From: a virus
Lineage: Duplodnaviria; Caudoviricetes
Direction: 5' to 3' (one strand)
DNA: 64,000 nt
IMG/VR virus record: IMGVR_UViG_2061766007_000586
Span: 64,001 to 128,000 of that record
Under the pieces are notes generated by a model that was not told where the DNA came from, ran no database searches, and saw only the letters and a list, made by a program, of their open reading frames with translations. Below, piece after piece: positions 38,801 through 48,408 of this stretch. How positions within the stretch are numbered: position 1 is the first letter of the stretch; each line of letters opens with the position of its first letter. Made by a program: the position numbers and the translations under genes.

Positions 38801-41800
38801 GATGTAATAGCAGTTACAGTATAAGCATCTGCAATACTACTAATTGTACTAAGTGTAACTCCACCTAAACTTGTCGTAGTGGCTTCTGGGAGAACATATA
38901 TCGACGATGTTATCGCTTCTGTATATTCACTTGTTATGGAAGTATACAGCGCAGAATCAGCATCTTTATAATTACTCGTAATGGTAGTTGCAACATTTGT
39001 TAAATTAGAACCCATGGTAGCATAATTGTTTGCCATCACAGATTGTAATCCATTAATGTTTGATCCCATTGCAGAATTTAATCTACTTTCCAGAGCACCG
39101 TCTAATGATGTAGCTACACCAGTCGCTAATCCACTCACTGTTGATAGCGTGACACCACCTAAAGAATCCATTGTAGCTTCAGGTAGTACGTATTCAGGAA
39201 TATCATTAATAGCTGAGGTATAACCTTCAACTAAGTCAGCCGATAATGTTGCATCAGCATCAGAATAGTCTGAAGTAATAGCATCAGTCATAGAAGTAAT
39301 AGCTGCTTTATATGCAGATGTTACCGTATCGGATACACTAAGAGCAGAAGTAGATGCTTGAGTGTTTGCAATGCTTGTAACCTGATCTAATGTAACACCA
39401 CCTAAAGTGCTTGTAGTAGCTTCAGGTAATGTGTACAGAGAATCAGAAATAGCAGATGTAAACTGATTCACTAATGCAGTAGATAATGTATCATCTGCAT
39501 CAATGTAACCACTTGTAATTGCTTCAGTTAATCCACTATCAAGGGCAAATGCACTTGCAACAGCTGTACTTACAGCAGAAGTTTGAGCATTAGCGATTAA
39601 TGTAGGAATGTCACTGGTAGCATTTGTGATAGATGTAGCAAGTAAACCAAACAGAGTCTTATCAGCTTCTGTATATTCACTTGTCACTGTATCATAATTA
39701 TCCGCAACATAACCACTTGCGATATTACTGACTGTCGTTAATGTAACTCCACCCAATGTATCAGATGTAGCTGCAGATAACGTGAATTCAGGAATATCGT
39801 TAATAGCGCTCGTATATGCTAACGTAATTGTAGAAGACAGAACAAGATCAGCAGATGTATATGCATCTGTAATATTGCTTGTAGCTGTATCTACAAAACT
39901 CTGAGCAACTGTAGAAGCAATTGTACTTACATTCGTAAACTCAGGTTTAGCATTCCAGGATGTACGTTCATCAGCTGTAATATGAATAACAACATCAGAA
40001 GTATGTACTTCAACTAAATCAGTTAAATCACTTACAGTAGATGTGACCTGACTATCAGTGTAATTCTTAGCCATGCTAATCACTGCACTAACATCAATAT
40101 CGTGATCTATCACTGCACTTGTGACTGCTTCATTAGCGAATGCAATTGCGGAATTATAAATATTTGAAACATCGCTTACATGCAGAGTAATAGCTGAGCC
40201 AATCTGATCATCGATGTATGTACTCACATCAGCATAAACTTCAGAGGTGAAGGTATCAGCAGATGTAAACTTTTCATCAACGAGAGATGTTAACTCTGTA
40301 GACAGTGTTTCAATTGAAGTAGTAGCATTTGTACCAGCAAGATTAATCTGAGAAACTAATGTTGCACTAAGTGCAGTATCAGCAGAAATATAAGCTTCTG
40401 TAATAGAAGCTGACAGATCTGTATCTGCAGAAGTACGAGCATCTTCTTCATCAGCAATCTTACTTGTATAATCCTCAACTAAAGTAGAAGAGAGAGCATT
40501 AACAGAAGTTGTAGCAAGAGATGCAGCTATTGTACTAACCGTGGTAAGTGTAACTCCACCAAGATCAGATGTAGTTGCAGCAGGGAGAGTATACGCAGGA
40601 ATATCACCGATTGCTTCAGTATATTCACTCGTAATCTTGTTGTACATAGAAGTATCAGCTTCTGTGTAGTTGCTAACTAATGTTTCTGTTAAACCATGAT
40701 CTAAATTGAATGCACTAGTTACAGCTTCTGTAACTGCCGATGTCTTCATATCAGCAATAGAAACACTCAATGCTGAAGAAGCATTCGAAGCAGCAGTAAG
40801 AGCAGTATCAGTGTATCCACTTGCAATATTGCTTACAGTATTTAACGTAATACCACCCAGCACAGAAGTTGTAGCTTCCGGTAGAGTGTATTCAGGTATT
40901 TCGTTAATAGCACTTGTGTACTCCTCTGTAATTGTAGCAGAAAGTGTATTCAGAGCTGAAGTACGATTTTCTTCTTCGTCTGCAAACTTAGAAGTGTAAT
41001 CAGCAACTAAAGTACTTGAAACTGCTAATGCTGAAGTAGATGCGTATCCTGCAGCAATAGTACTAACTGTTGTTAATGTAACACCACCTAAAGTTGTTGA
41101 TGTTGCAACAGGAAGTTCATATTCAGGAATTGCGTCAATCATACTTGTTACAGATTCCATTAATTCTGCATCAGCTGAAACATATGCTTCAGTGATAGTA
41201 GCAGATAATGTAGTGTCTGCAGCAGTATAATCACTTGTTAACTGTACTTCTAATGCACTATCAAAAGTAATAGCACTTGTTAAAGCATCTGTAATAGTTG
41301 AGGTCTTAGTATCGGCTATCGAAGCAGCTAAACTTGTAGAAGCTGCTGTAACAGAAGTAATCGCAATATCAGTATAAGTACTTGCAATGTTGCTGACTGT
41401 AGTCAGTGTAACACCACCAAGTGAATCAGCCGTAGCTGCTGGAAGTGTATAAGCAGGTATCGATTCTATTGCACTTGTATATTCTTCTGTAATCGTAGCT
41501 GACAGCGTTTCATCTGCATCAACATAGGCACTTGTCATAACTTCTAATAAGTTCTGATCAAGAGCTTCTGCACTTGTCACCGCATCAGCAATACCAGATG
41601 TAATGCTTTCAGTTAATTGAGAAGTCTTAGAAGTGACAAATCCACTGAGAGAAGTATCCGCCGAAGTATATGCATCTGTAACTGTCGTGGATAACGTATC
41701 AATAGCATCGAGATAATCGCTTGTAACAGAATCCATTAAGTTCTGAGCAATTGTACTTGCACTCGTCACTGCTTCAGCAATGTCAGAAGTACTAGCAGTA

Positions 41801-44800
41801 GCAATACTTGCAGAAACTTCAGCTAATTCTGCTGCCAGAGATGTCATCGACTCGCGATCAATCGTAAACTCAGATGTATAATCTTCTGTAATTTCTTCTC
41901 TAACCACAGCAATATTAGAAGTACTAAGATCATTAGCAACACTACTGACTGTTGTAAGTGTAATTCCACCAAGCGTAGATGCTGTAGCAGTCGGAAGCAC
42001 ATATGCAGATGTGCTAATAGCAGCTAAGTACTCAGATGTAATATTACTTGAAGTTGTATTCAGTGTAGTCGTATCAACATACGAAGTTGTAAGACTTGTA
42101 AGAAGCTTATCATATTTTTCTGTATAGTCAGATGTTAAGAGATCTGACATATCGTTCAGCTGAGATGTGAAATCTTCAGGAAGTTGTGAACTAATAGTAT
42201 CGATTAATTCACTCAGCTCGCTATCAGCTGACACATAAGCGTTCGTGATAGATGTAGTTGCATCTGTGATAGCAGATGTACGTGCCACTGCTTCTTCCGC
42301 GATTGCAGAAGTATATCCATCTACTAATGTAGTAGACATAGTTGTAGTAGCTGAAGTCGCTTCTTCAGTAGCAATATCCTTAACCGTAGTTAAAGTTACA
42401 CCACCTAAAGTATCATCAGTTGCTTCAGGAAGAACATATTCATCAATACTACTAATAGCAGAAGCAATTGCACTTGTATAAGCACTTGTAAGTGTTGCAC
42501 TAAGCTCACTATCTGCTGATGTATAATCTTCTACTAAAGCTGCACTTAAAGTTGTATCAGCTGCAATATAACTGGTAGTAAGGTTAGCTGATAACAGATT
42601 ATCAGCAGAAACAAATGCACCAGCAAGTACAGAAGAAATCGTATTAACTGAAGTTGTGAAATCAGATGTTAACTCACCATCAGCTGCGATATAAGCACTT
42701 GTTAAACCAGTACTTAATGTAGTTGTATAGCTCTGAGCTATTGTACTAACAGTATTCAGAGTGATACCACCGAGTGTATCTGAAGTAGCTTCAGGTAATG
42801 TGTATTCTGGAATAGCATCAACTGCTGCATTAATAGCAGATGTATATTCATCTGTAATTGTAGCAGATGCTGCATTCAGTGCGGATGTAAATGTTTCATC
42901 TTCAACTGTAATTGCTGAAGTGAATTGATCAATTAAAGCTGAAGAAAGTGTATTAATAGAAGATGTACGAGCTGTAGTTTCAGCAGTAATCTGAGAAGTA
43001 ACTTCATCAGACAGATCAGAAATTGCTGAAGTTCTAGCTGCAGTTTCTACAGAAATTGCATCTGTGTAAGCTGATGTAACAGTTTCAACAGAAGCATCTA
43101 CAATAGAAGTTGCTATCGTACTAATTGTCGTAAGTGTTACTCCACCGAGACTATCTACGGTTGCTGCAGGAAGTACATAAGTTGCATCTTCAATAGCAGA
43201 AGTAAACTGATCAACTAAAGAAGCAGACAGAGCAGTATCAGCAGCAATATAAGCAGATGTAACTGCAACGATCTTAGAAGTATAATCTTCAACAAGACCA
43301 GCAGATACTGTATTAATAGATGTAGTAAACGTACTGACTAATTCTTCATCAGCAAGTGTATATGCACTTGTGATTACATCATCGAGAGTAGCTGTGAAAC
43401 CTTGAGCAATACTACTAACAGTAGAAAGTGTAATTCCACCAATTGTAGAGGTCGTTGCTTCTGGTAAAACATACTCAGGAATATCAGCAATAGCACTTGT
43501 ATATGCTTCTGTGATAGAAGCAGAAAGTGTATTATCAGCAGAAGTATATGCTGCAGTAATAGAAGTTTCTAATTCTGTATCAGCAGCAGTATATCCTGAA
43601 ACAAGCGTTTCACTAAGTGTAGTATCAGCAGTTGTGTAGCTTGTTGTGATTAATGTAGTACTCGAACTAATGACTTCAGCAATAGCTGACACAGCTTCAT
43701 CTATAATAGCAGAACTTGTGCTATCAACAAGATTTGTATAAGAAGTTGTAATATCAGCAGAAAGTGTTTCATCCGCAGTAGTATACGCAGATGTCACTGC
43801 TTCTTCAGTTGTAGTAGCATATGTACTAGCAATATTACTAATGGTGGTTAAAGTAACGCCACCCATCTTATCACTAGTAGCAGGTTCAAGTACATATTCT
43901 TCAATACTGTTAAATGCTGAATCAATAGCAGAAGTATAAGCACTCGTAATACTGAGTGTTAAAGCTTCATCAGCAGCTGTATATGCACTCGTAAGAGCAA
44001 TACTCAAATTCGTGTCGGCTGTTGTATAAGCAGATGTAACACTTGTAACAGTTTCTTCTTTTGTAGTAGCAATAGCACTTGTGTATGCTGTCGTTACAGA
44101 AGTAACTTGTTCAGTAATAGCATCAGTATAAGCAGATGTAATAGAAGCAGTAGCTTCTGTATCTAAGTTAGTTGCAATAGCTGTAGCAATTGAGCTAACA
44201 GAAGCTGCATCTGTTTTAGCATTCCAAGCTGCTCTTTCTTCTGAAGTAATATGAACAACTTCATCACTTGTGTGACTATCAGTATAAGCATGAGCCATAC
44301 CGAGAACAGCACTTACATCAATATCGTGATCAATGATAGCTTCACTTACAGCAGCAGAAGCATAAGCAACAGCAGAATCATAAATATTAGAAATATCAGT
44401 GATATGCTGACTAACAGCTTCTTCTACTTTACTATCAATGTAAGTACTTACAGTAGAATAAACTTCAGATGTCTGATTTGTAGCAGATGTAAACTTCTCA
44501 TTCACAGTAGAAACTAAAGTATCAGATACTGTTTCAATAGAAGCATTTACATTACTGATTGCTGAAGTAAGATTATTATCTCTTGAAGTGAATCCTTCAG
44601 TAACAGAAGTTACTAAAGTATTATAATCACTCACTGTAGCAAATCCAGAAAGGCTATTACTAACTGCTTGAATTGCAGTAGAATTAGCAGAAACACGAGT
44701 ATCCAAGCCTAACACATTATCAGCTACAATACCTACTTCAGATGTAACCTTATCATCTAATTCAGCAATGCTGGAAGCAAGAGTTTCATCAGCAGCGATA

Positions 44801-47800
44801 TATGCTGTTGTAATAGTTTCACTAAGACTCTCTGTGTAACCCTGAGCGATATTGCTTACAGTGTTTAATGTAATTCCACCAAGACTATCAGCTGTTGCAG
44901 CTGGTAATGTATAGGAAGGAATTGCATTGATAGCAGACGTATATTCTTCTGTAATAGTTGAATGAAGATTCGTATCAGCTAATGTATAAGCACTTGTAAT
45001 GCTTGTGATATTTTCTACAACCAGATCAGCTATTTCACTTGTATAATCATTTACAATAAACGATGTTAACTGAGTGATAGCGGAACTTCTTGCTTCAGCT
45101 TCATCTGCAACAGCAGATGTATAATCTTCAGTGAGAGAAGTACTGAGATCAGCAGTATAAGCTTGTGCAATACTGCTTACAGTTGTAAGAGTAATTCCGC
45201 CTAAAGAATCGGCTGTAGCTTCGGGAAGAACATAAACAGGAATGTCTTCAATAGCACTTGTATAAGCTTCTGTAAGATTGGCCGATAGAGTATCAATTGC
45301 TCCAATACGATTTGATGTCTCAAGCTCAATCTTATTATTGAGATTGGTAGACAGAGCATTTACAGAAGCAGTCAAGGTAGACACAACTGTTTCATCTGCA
45401 AGAATATAAGAACTTGTAATACCTTCATTTGCTACTGTAACAGTACTTGTTGCAATATCAAGAACTGTATTTAGTGTTACACCACCAAGTGTGAGTGCAG
45501 TAGCTTCTGGTAATACATATTCAGGAATATCATTAATGGCACTTGTGTACTGATCTACTAATGTCGTAGAAAGAGTATTAATAGCAGTTGTATATGCGCC
45601 AGTAATTGTGGAAGATAAAGCTGTATCAGCTGCTTTATATTCAGATGTAATATTTGTAGAAGTCGTAGCAATTGCTTCAGTATATTCAGATGTAACGATC
45701 GCAATATCATCGTTCACCATACTGACTACACTATCGATTCTAGAACCAAGAACAATATCATCAGCTAAAAGATCAGATACAGTACTTGTCATAGTTTCGA
45801 GATGACTACCTAAAACATCAGCAATAGCACTAACCGATGCAGTCGTAGCTTTAGAATTCCACGTATCACGTTCTTCAGAAGTAATATGAATTACTGCATC
45901 AGAAACATGAGTATTAATATCATCGATCTGAGATGTGATCTTTGCTACTTCACTATCGGTATAATTTTTACCCATAGAGAATACAGCACTCACATCAATG
46001 TCATGATCAATCACAGCACTTGTAATCGCTTCATTTGCATAAGCCTTTGCAGAATTATAGATATTGGAAATATCTGTAATGTGATTTTCAACAGCAGTAC
46101 TAACTTGTTCATCAATGTAAGTACTAACCGCCGCATATGCGCTAGAAGTTTGATTTGCAGCTGAAGTAAATTGTTCATCAATAGAAGCAGATAGATCTTC
46201 AGATACAGTTGTAATTGATGCTGCAAGAGTTGAACTGATATTATCAAGATCAGATGTACTTGCATAATCAGCAAGAGATGCACTTACTTCAACCGCCGTA
46301 GAAAGAGCGTCAGTAGCAACTGAAGTAGTTGCTTCAATAGCACTTGCATTCGCTGTAACACTTGTTTGAACTAATTCTAATGTTGCTGTATGAGCACTAA
46401 GATTAGATGTAACAAGTTCAAGTGTAGCTGTCGTTGCTGAGATATCAGAAGCAATGAGATTCAGACTAGTTGTATTAGCTGTAATATCAGAAGTAAGTAC
46501 AAGTGAAGTATTAGCAATACTTGTATTGATATCTGAGAAAAGCTCATCAACACCTGAACCTAAAAGATTGAGTTTATTTTCTACCCAATGAATAGAAGTT
46601 GATAAAGTAGTATAGTGACCATACTCTAACTGTCCCTGTGCTAAAAGACTAGAATCAACTTCATTCGATAACACTGTAATCTGACTTGCTAAATCAGTAG
46701 ATAAAACATTATCAGCAGAAATGTAAGCAGAAGTAACTCCAGTTACTCCCGAAGAAACACAATAATTAATCTTGGAAGTAAGTACTGTGTATGCACTTTG
46801 ATCAGCAGATTCAAAAGCAGTTCTTAAAGATCCGGAGATTGCACTAATAGCCGAAGATGTCTTCGTCATAATAGAGTCAGACATACCACTAATTGCATAT
46901 GTGTATGCTTCTGTGATATCTTCTGTATTTGCTAATAAAGCACTATTTACGGCAGACATGCAATCTATCATAATACCACTACTAAGAGCAGTGTCAGCTG
47001 AATTAAAAGAAGCTGTTAAAGTATTTGATAGTGCAATATCAGCATTGGTGTAATTAAGAGTAAGATCAACTGCCTGTTGATTCAGTTCAGAAATACAGTT
47101 ACTCATAACTGCGTCATTAGCTGAAACAATAGCAGCAGTATACTCATCAGAAATTGTATTTGAAACAGCAGTTAATGCTGAATTGAAATTGCTTGTAAGA
47201 CCAAGAGAAACACTCTGATTTGCAAGTGTAATTGATGTATTTGCAATAGTCAGTATTGCATTACGTGCTGAAGCAATTCCACTTGTTAAAGCAGTAGAAA
47301 GAGCAAAGTCCGCTGAAGAATACCCAAGTGTTAAAGTGCTAGAAAGAGTATTTAGATTTGTGTTAACTGTAGAATCAACCATACTCTGGATGGTATTTAA
47401 AGTAATACCACCAAGTTCAGAATCAGTTGCTACAGGAAGCACATATGTTTCAATCTCACCTAAAGCAGAAGAAATCGCAGCATTGTAAGAAGTTGTAATC
47501 GTAGATGAGAGATTAAAATTAGCGGAATTTACAACAGTAAAAATAGCAGAACGTGTACTGTCAATAGCTTGTGATGTTCTGAAATCCGTAGACGTAATTT
47601 GATCGTCAGTATAGTCTTTTGCCATACTGAAAACTGTACTTACATCAATGTCATGTTCAAACACAGCACTAGATACCGCTACTCTAGCAAACTCAACCGC
47701 CGAGTCATAGATAGAACTAACATCAACATCATGGTCTGCTACAGCAGCAGCTACTGTTGAATCAATGTAAGTTGAGACATTAGCAAATTTGGCTGTGTAA

Positions 47801-48309
47801 TCATTAACTAATGAAGTTTTCGTCTCATTAATAAGAATAGTAGTACTTTCAGAATCAGCATCTAATCTACTATTCATTGCACTGACGGCAGATTGAACTG
47901 CCTCAGTCTGTTTCGTATCAACCTGGTTAATAGCAAGCGTAAGTGATGTTGTTTGATCATTCACATAAGCTATGACATCACTGGTACGAGCTATATCAGA
48001 AGTAACACTAATAATGTTTTCTGAAATAGAAATACCAGCTCCTTCAAAAAGCTTATCTTGTTTTTGATCAACTTCTATCATAGCAGTATTCAGTTCCTCC
48101 GGAAGAACATCAACTGTTATTTTACCTTCGCTGTCGGTGTAAACAACATTGTCAGGTAAGAAGTTTTCACTTAGTCTACCGCCAGGAGCAAGATACGGGA
48201 CAACAACAGGTTTTCTGTTACTTACAGAAAGAACCAGATTGTCCAATGTAGCCTGCGGGAATACGAAATTCCCCGACTTATCGACTAGTATAATTCTTTT
48301 GTATTTCAT
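35812..48309 (-). CDS. Giant Thr/Ser-rich repetitive fibre protein
   Basis: 4165-aa uninterrupted ORF; about 29 Y(T/V)LPxATxxxLGG(V/I) repeats separated by helical segments; three HITxEERxxWN-type motifs. Confidence 0.85.
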   Translation of the reverse strand: MKYKRIILVDKSGNFVFPQATLDNLVLSVSNRKPVVVPYLAPGGRLSENFLPDNVVYTDSEGKITVDVLPEELNTAMIEVDQKQDKLFEGAGISISENIISVTSDIARTSDVIAYVNDQTTSLTLAINQVDTKQTEAVQSAVSAMNSRLDADSESTTILINETKTSLVNDYTAKFANVSTYIDSTVAAAVADHDVDVSSIYDSAVEFARVAVSSAVFEHDIDVSTVFSMAKDYTDDQITSTDFRTSQAIDSTRSAIFTVVNSANFNLSSTITTSYNAAISSALGEIETYVLPVATDSELGGITLNTIQSMVDSTVNTNLNTLSSTLTLGYSSADFALSTALTSGIASARNAILTIANTSITLANQSVSLGLTSNFNSALTAVSNTISDEYTAAIVSANDAVMSNCISELNQQAVDLTLNYTNADIALSNTLTASFNSADTALSSGIMIDCMSAVNSALLANTEDITEAYTYAISGMSDSIMTKTSSAISAISGSLRTAFESADQSAYTVLTSKINYCVSSGVTGVTSAYISADNVLSTDLASQITVLSNEVDSSLLAQGQLEYGHYTTLSTSIHWVENKLNLLGSGVDELFSDINTSIANTSLVLTSDITANTTSLNLIASDISATTATLELVTSNLSAHTATLELVQTSVTANASAIEATTSVATDALSTAVEVSASLADYASTSDLDNISSTLAASITTVSEDLSASIDEQFTSAANQTSSAYAAVSTYIDEQVSTAVENHITDISNIYNSAKAYANEAITSAVIDHDIDVSAVFSMGKNYTDSEVAKITSQIDDINTHVSDAVIHITSEERDTWNSKATTASVSAIADVLGSHLETMTSTVSDLLADDIVLGSRIDSVVSMVNDDIAIVTSEYTEAIATTSTNITSEYKAADTALSSTITGAYTTAINTLSTTLVDQYTSAINDIPEYVLPEATALTLGGVTLNTVLDIATSTVTVANEGITSSYILADETVVSTLTASVNALSTNLNNKIELETSNRIGAIDTLSANLTEAYTSAIEDIPVYVLPEATADSLGGITLTTVSSIAQAYTADLSTSLTEDYTSAVADEAEARSSAITQLTSFIVNDYTSEIADLVVENITSITSAYTLADTNLHSTITEEYTSAINAIPSYTLPAATADSLGGITLNTVSNIAQGYTESLSETITTAYIAADETLASSIAELDDKVTSEVGIVADNVLGLDTRVSANSTAIQAVSNSLSGFATVSDYNTLVTSVTEGFTSRDNNLTSAISNVNASIETVSDTLVSTVNEKFTSATNQTSEVYSTVSTYIDSKVEEAVSQHITDISNIYDSAVAYASAAVSEAIIDHDIDVSAVLGMAHAYTDSHTSDEVVHITSEERAAWNAKTDAASVSSIATAIATNLDTEATASITSAYTDAITEQVTSVTTAYTSAIATTKEETVTSVTSAYTTADTNLSIALTSAYTAADEALTLSITSAYTSAIDSAFNSIEEYVLEPATSDKMGGVTLTTISNIASTYATTTEEAVTSAYTTADETLSADITTSYTNLVDSTSSAIIDEAVSAIAEVISSSTTLITTSYTTADTTLSETLVSGYTAADTELETSITAAYTSADNTLSASITEAYTSAIADIPEYVLPEATTSTIGGITLSTVSSIAQGFTATLDDVITSAYTLADEELVSTFTTSINTVSAGLVEDYTSKIVAVTSAYIAADTALSASLVDQFTSAIEDATYVLPAATVDSLGGVTLTTISTIATSIVDASVETVTSAYTDAISVETAARTSAISDLSDEVTSQITAETTARTSSINTLSSALIDQFTSAITVEDETFTSALNAASATITDEYTSAINAAVDAIPEYTLPEATSDTLGGITLNTVSTIAQSYTTTLSTGLTSAYIAADGELTSDFTTSVNTISSVLAGAFVSADNLLSANLTTSYIAADTTLSAALVEDYTSADSELSATLTSAYTSAIASAISSIDEYVLPEATDDTLGGVTLTTVKDIATEEATSATTTMSTTLVDGYTSAIAEEAVARTSAITDATTSITNAYVSADSELSELIDTISSQLPEDFTSQLNDMSDLLTSDYTEKYDKLLTSLTTSYVDTTTLNTTSSNITSEYLAAISTSAYVLPTATASTLGGITLTTVSSVANDLSTSNIAVVREEITEDYTSEFTIDRESMTSLAAELAEVSASIATASTSDIAEAVTSASTIAQNLMDSVTSDYLDAIDTLSTTVTDAYTSADTSLSGFVTSKTSQLTESITSGIADAVTSAEALDQNLLEVMTSAYVDADETLSATITEEYTSAIESIPAYTLPAATADSLGGVTLTTVSNIASTYTDIAITSVTAASTSLAASIADTKTSTITDALTSAITFDSALEVQLTSDYTAADTTLSATITEAYVSADAELMESVTSMIDAIPEYELPVATSTTLGGVTLTTVSTIAAGYASTSALAVSSTLVADYTSKFADEEENRTSALNTLSATITEEYTSAINEIPEYTLPEATTSVLGGITLNTVSNIASGYTDTALTAASNASSALSVSIADMKTSAVTEAVTSAFNLDHGLTETLVSNYTEADTSMYNKITSEYTEAIGDIPAYTLPAATTSDLGGVTLTTVSTIAASLATTSVNALSSTLVEDYTSKIADEEDARTSADTDLSASITEAYISADTALSATLVSQINLAGTNATTSIETLSTELTSLVDEKFTSADTFTSEVYADVSTYIDDQIGSAITLHVSDVSNIYNSAIAFANEAVTSAVIDHDIDVSAVISMAKNYTDSQVTSTVSDLTDLVEVHTSDVVIHITADERTSWNAKPEFTNVSTIASTVAQSFVDTATSNITDAYTSADLVLSSTITLAYTSAINDIPEFTLSAATSDTLGGVTLTTVSNIASGYVADNYDTVTSEYTEADKTLFGLLATSITNATSDIPTLIANAQTSAVSTAVASAFALDSGLTEAITSGYIDADDTLSTALVNQFTSAISDSLYTLPEATTSTLGGVTLDQVTSIANTQASTSALSVSDTVTSAYKAAITSMTDAITSDYSDADATLSADLVEGYTSAINDIPEYVLPEATMDSLGGVTLSTVSGLATGVATSLDGALESRLNSAMGSNINGLQSVMANNYATMGSNLTNVATTITSNYKDADSALYTSITSEYTEAITSSIYVLPEATTTSLGGVTLSTISSIADAYTVTAITSITNASSTLNTAIETAKTSAVIDAVTSAGVLDDTLSEVLTSAYEDADDTLSATITEEYTSAIAAIPSYTLPSATADTIGGITLTTVSTIASGYAGAVEESVTSAYVDADTELDTSLTNKFTSADAVLSSNITLAYTSAINNIPTYTLPAATNDSLGGITLTTVSSIATDRATSLVNAMSTTITNEYTSAIDEAINSIEPYTLPTATVDSLGGITLTTVSTIASSIADGLDTTLTSDLTVEIATQKTSAITVAVASATSLDAALSSTLVEDYTSKIADAVSGLSNYTLPEATTSTLGGVTLETISTIATSKANAMSVSITSEYTDAISAEHTSMVNYVTSEINAIPVYTLPAATSDSLGGVSLTTISSIASSIATSADTTLSATITEAYTSAISDASYTLPAATSDTLGGVTLTTISTIADEMATSHDYTLVAATSDSLGGVTLTQISTIANAYASASAATVAEAYVSADTALSGLMNTSIVALSSNLNEAITAGDTSTITVAVTSATSLDNALSVLLTTSYASADTVLSAAIVEDYTSKITSVINNLPDPGVTEVRVSEIAISADNTLSATITEAYTSAIADAAYTLPTATADSLGGITLTTVSTIASAQASAQVSTATATITEAYTSAISSALDAFEVPETYVLPSATADSLGGVTLTTISNIASSYAADAVTSTGVLDTSLSIEITSAYTDADNTLSSALVDDYTSKIASAVDGLSNYTLPAATSDTLGGVTLDSVTSIASDQATSVVASVSTTITSEYMSAIAAIDYTTTSVAYATSAGNVTVPAATSDTAGIVTLTQISDIVTSENSTLSATITSEYEAYVTSELDTQSTDITTSLTSYVSAQISSASIGGGGITESQVSDIVISTMESNMTSYSVELTYNGPFKVFYDVDSSTLSCIGGRVQLGTSMMTIAGSDVSGTITENDRSICFYLYYESSAFSSGYCLHNVLPAQATSAQGYYKVLGVVHEDSETNSVVVTQYHYGDIDINGRVTP

Positions 48310-48352
48310 AGTCCAAACCTTATATAAGAGTGATGACTAACACCGTTTAAAC

Positions 48353-48362
48353 GCATAAAATG
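48353..48362 (-). promoter_or_regulatory. Late-type promoter CATTTTATGC
   Basis: Identical to 4201-4210; directly downstream of a terminator. Confidence 0.6.
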
Positions 48363-48370
48363 GCCAAAAA

Positions 48371-48399
48371 AACCTACCTGGGAAATTCCCAGGTAGGTT
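48371..48399 (-). terminator. Terminator
   Basis: AACCTACCTGGGA/TCCCAGGTAGGTT followed by a U-tract. Confidence 0.85.
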
Positions 48400-48408
48400 A
48401 ACAATTAA

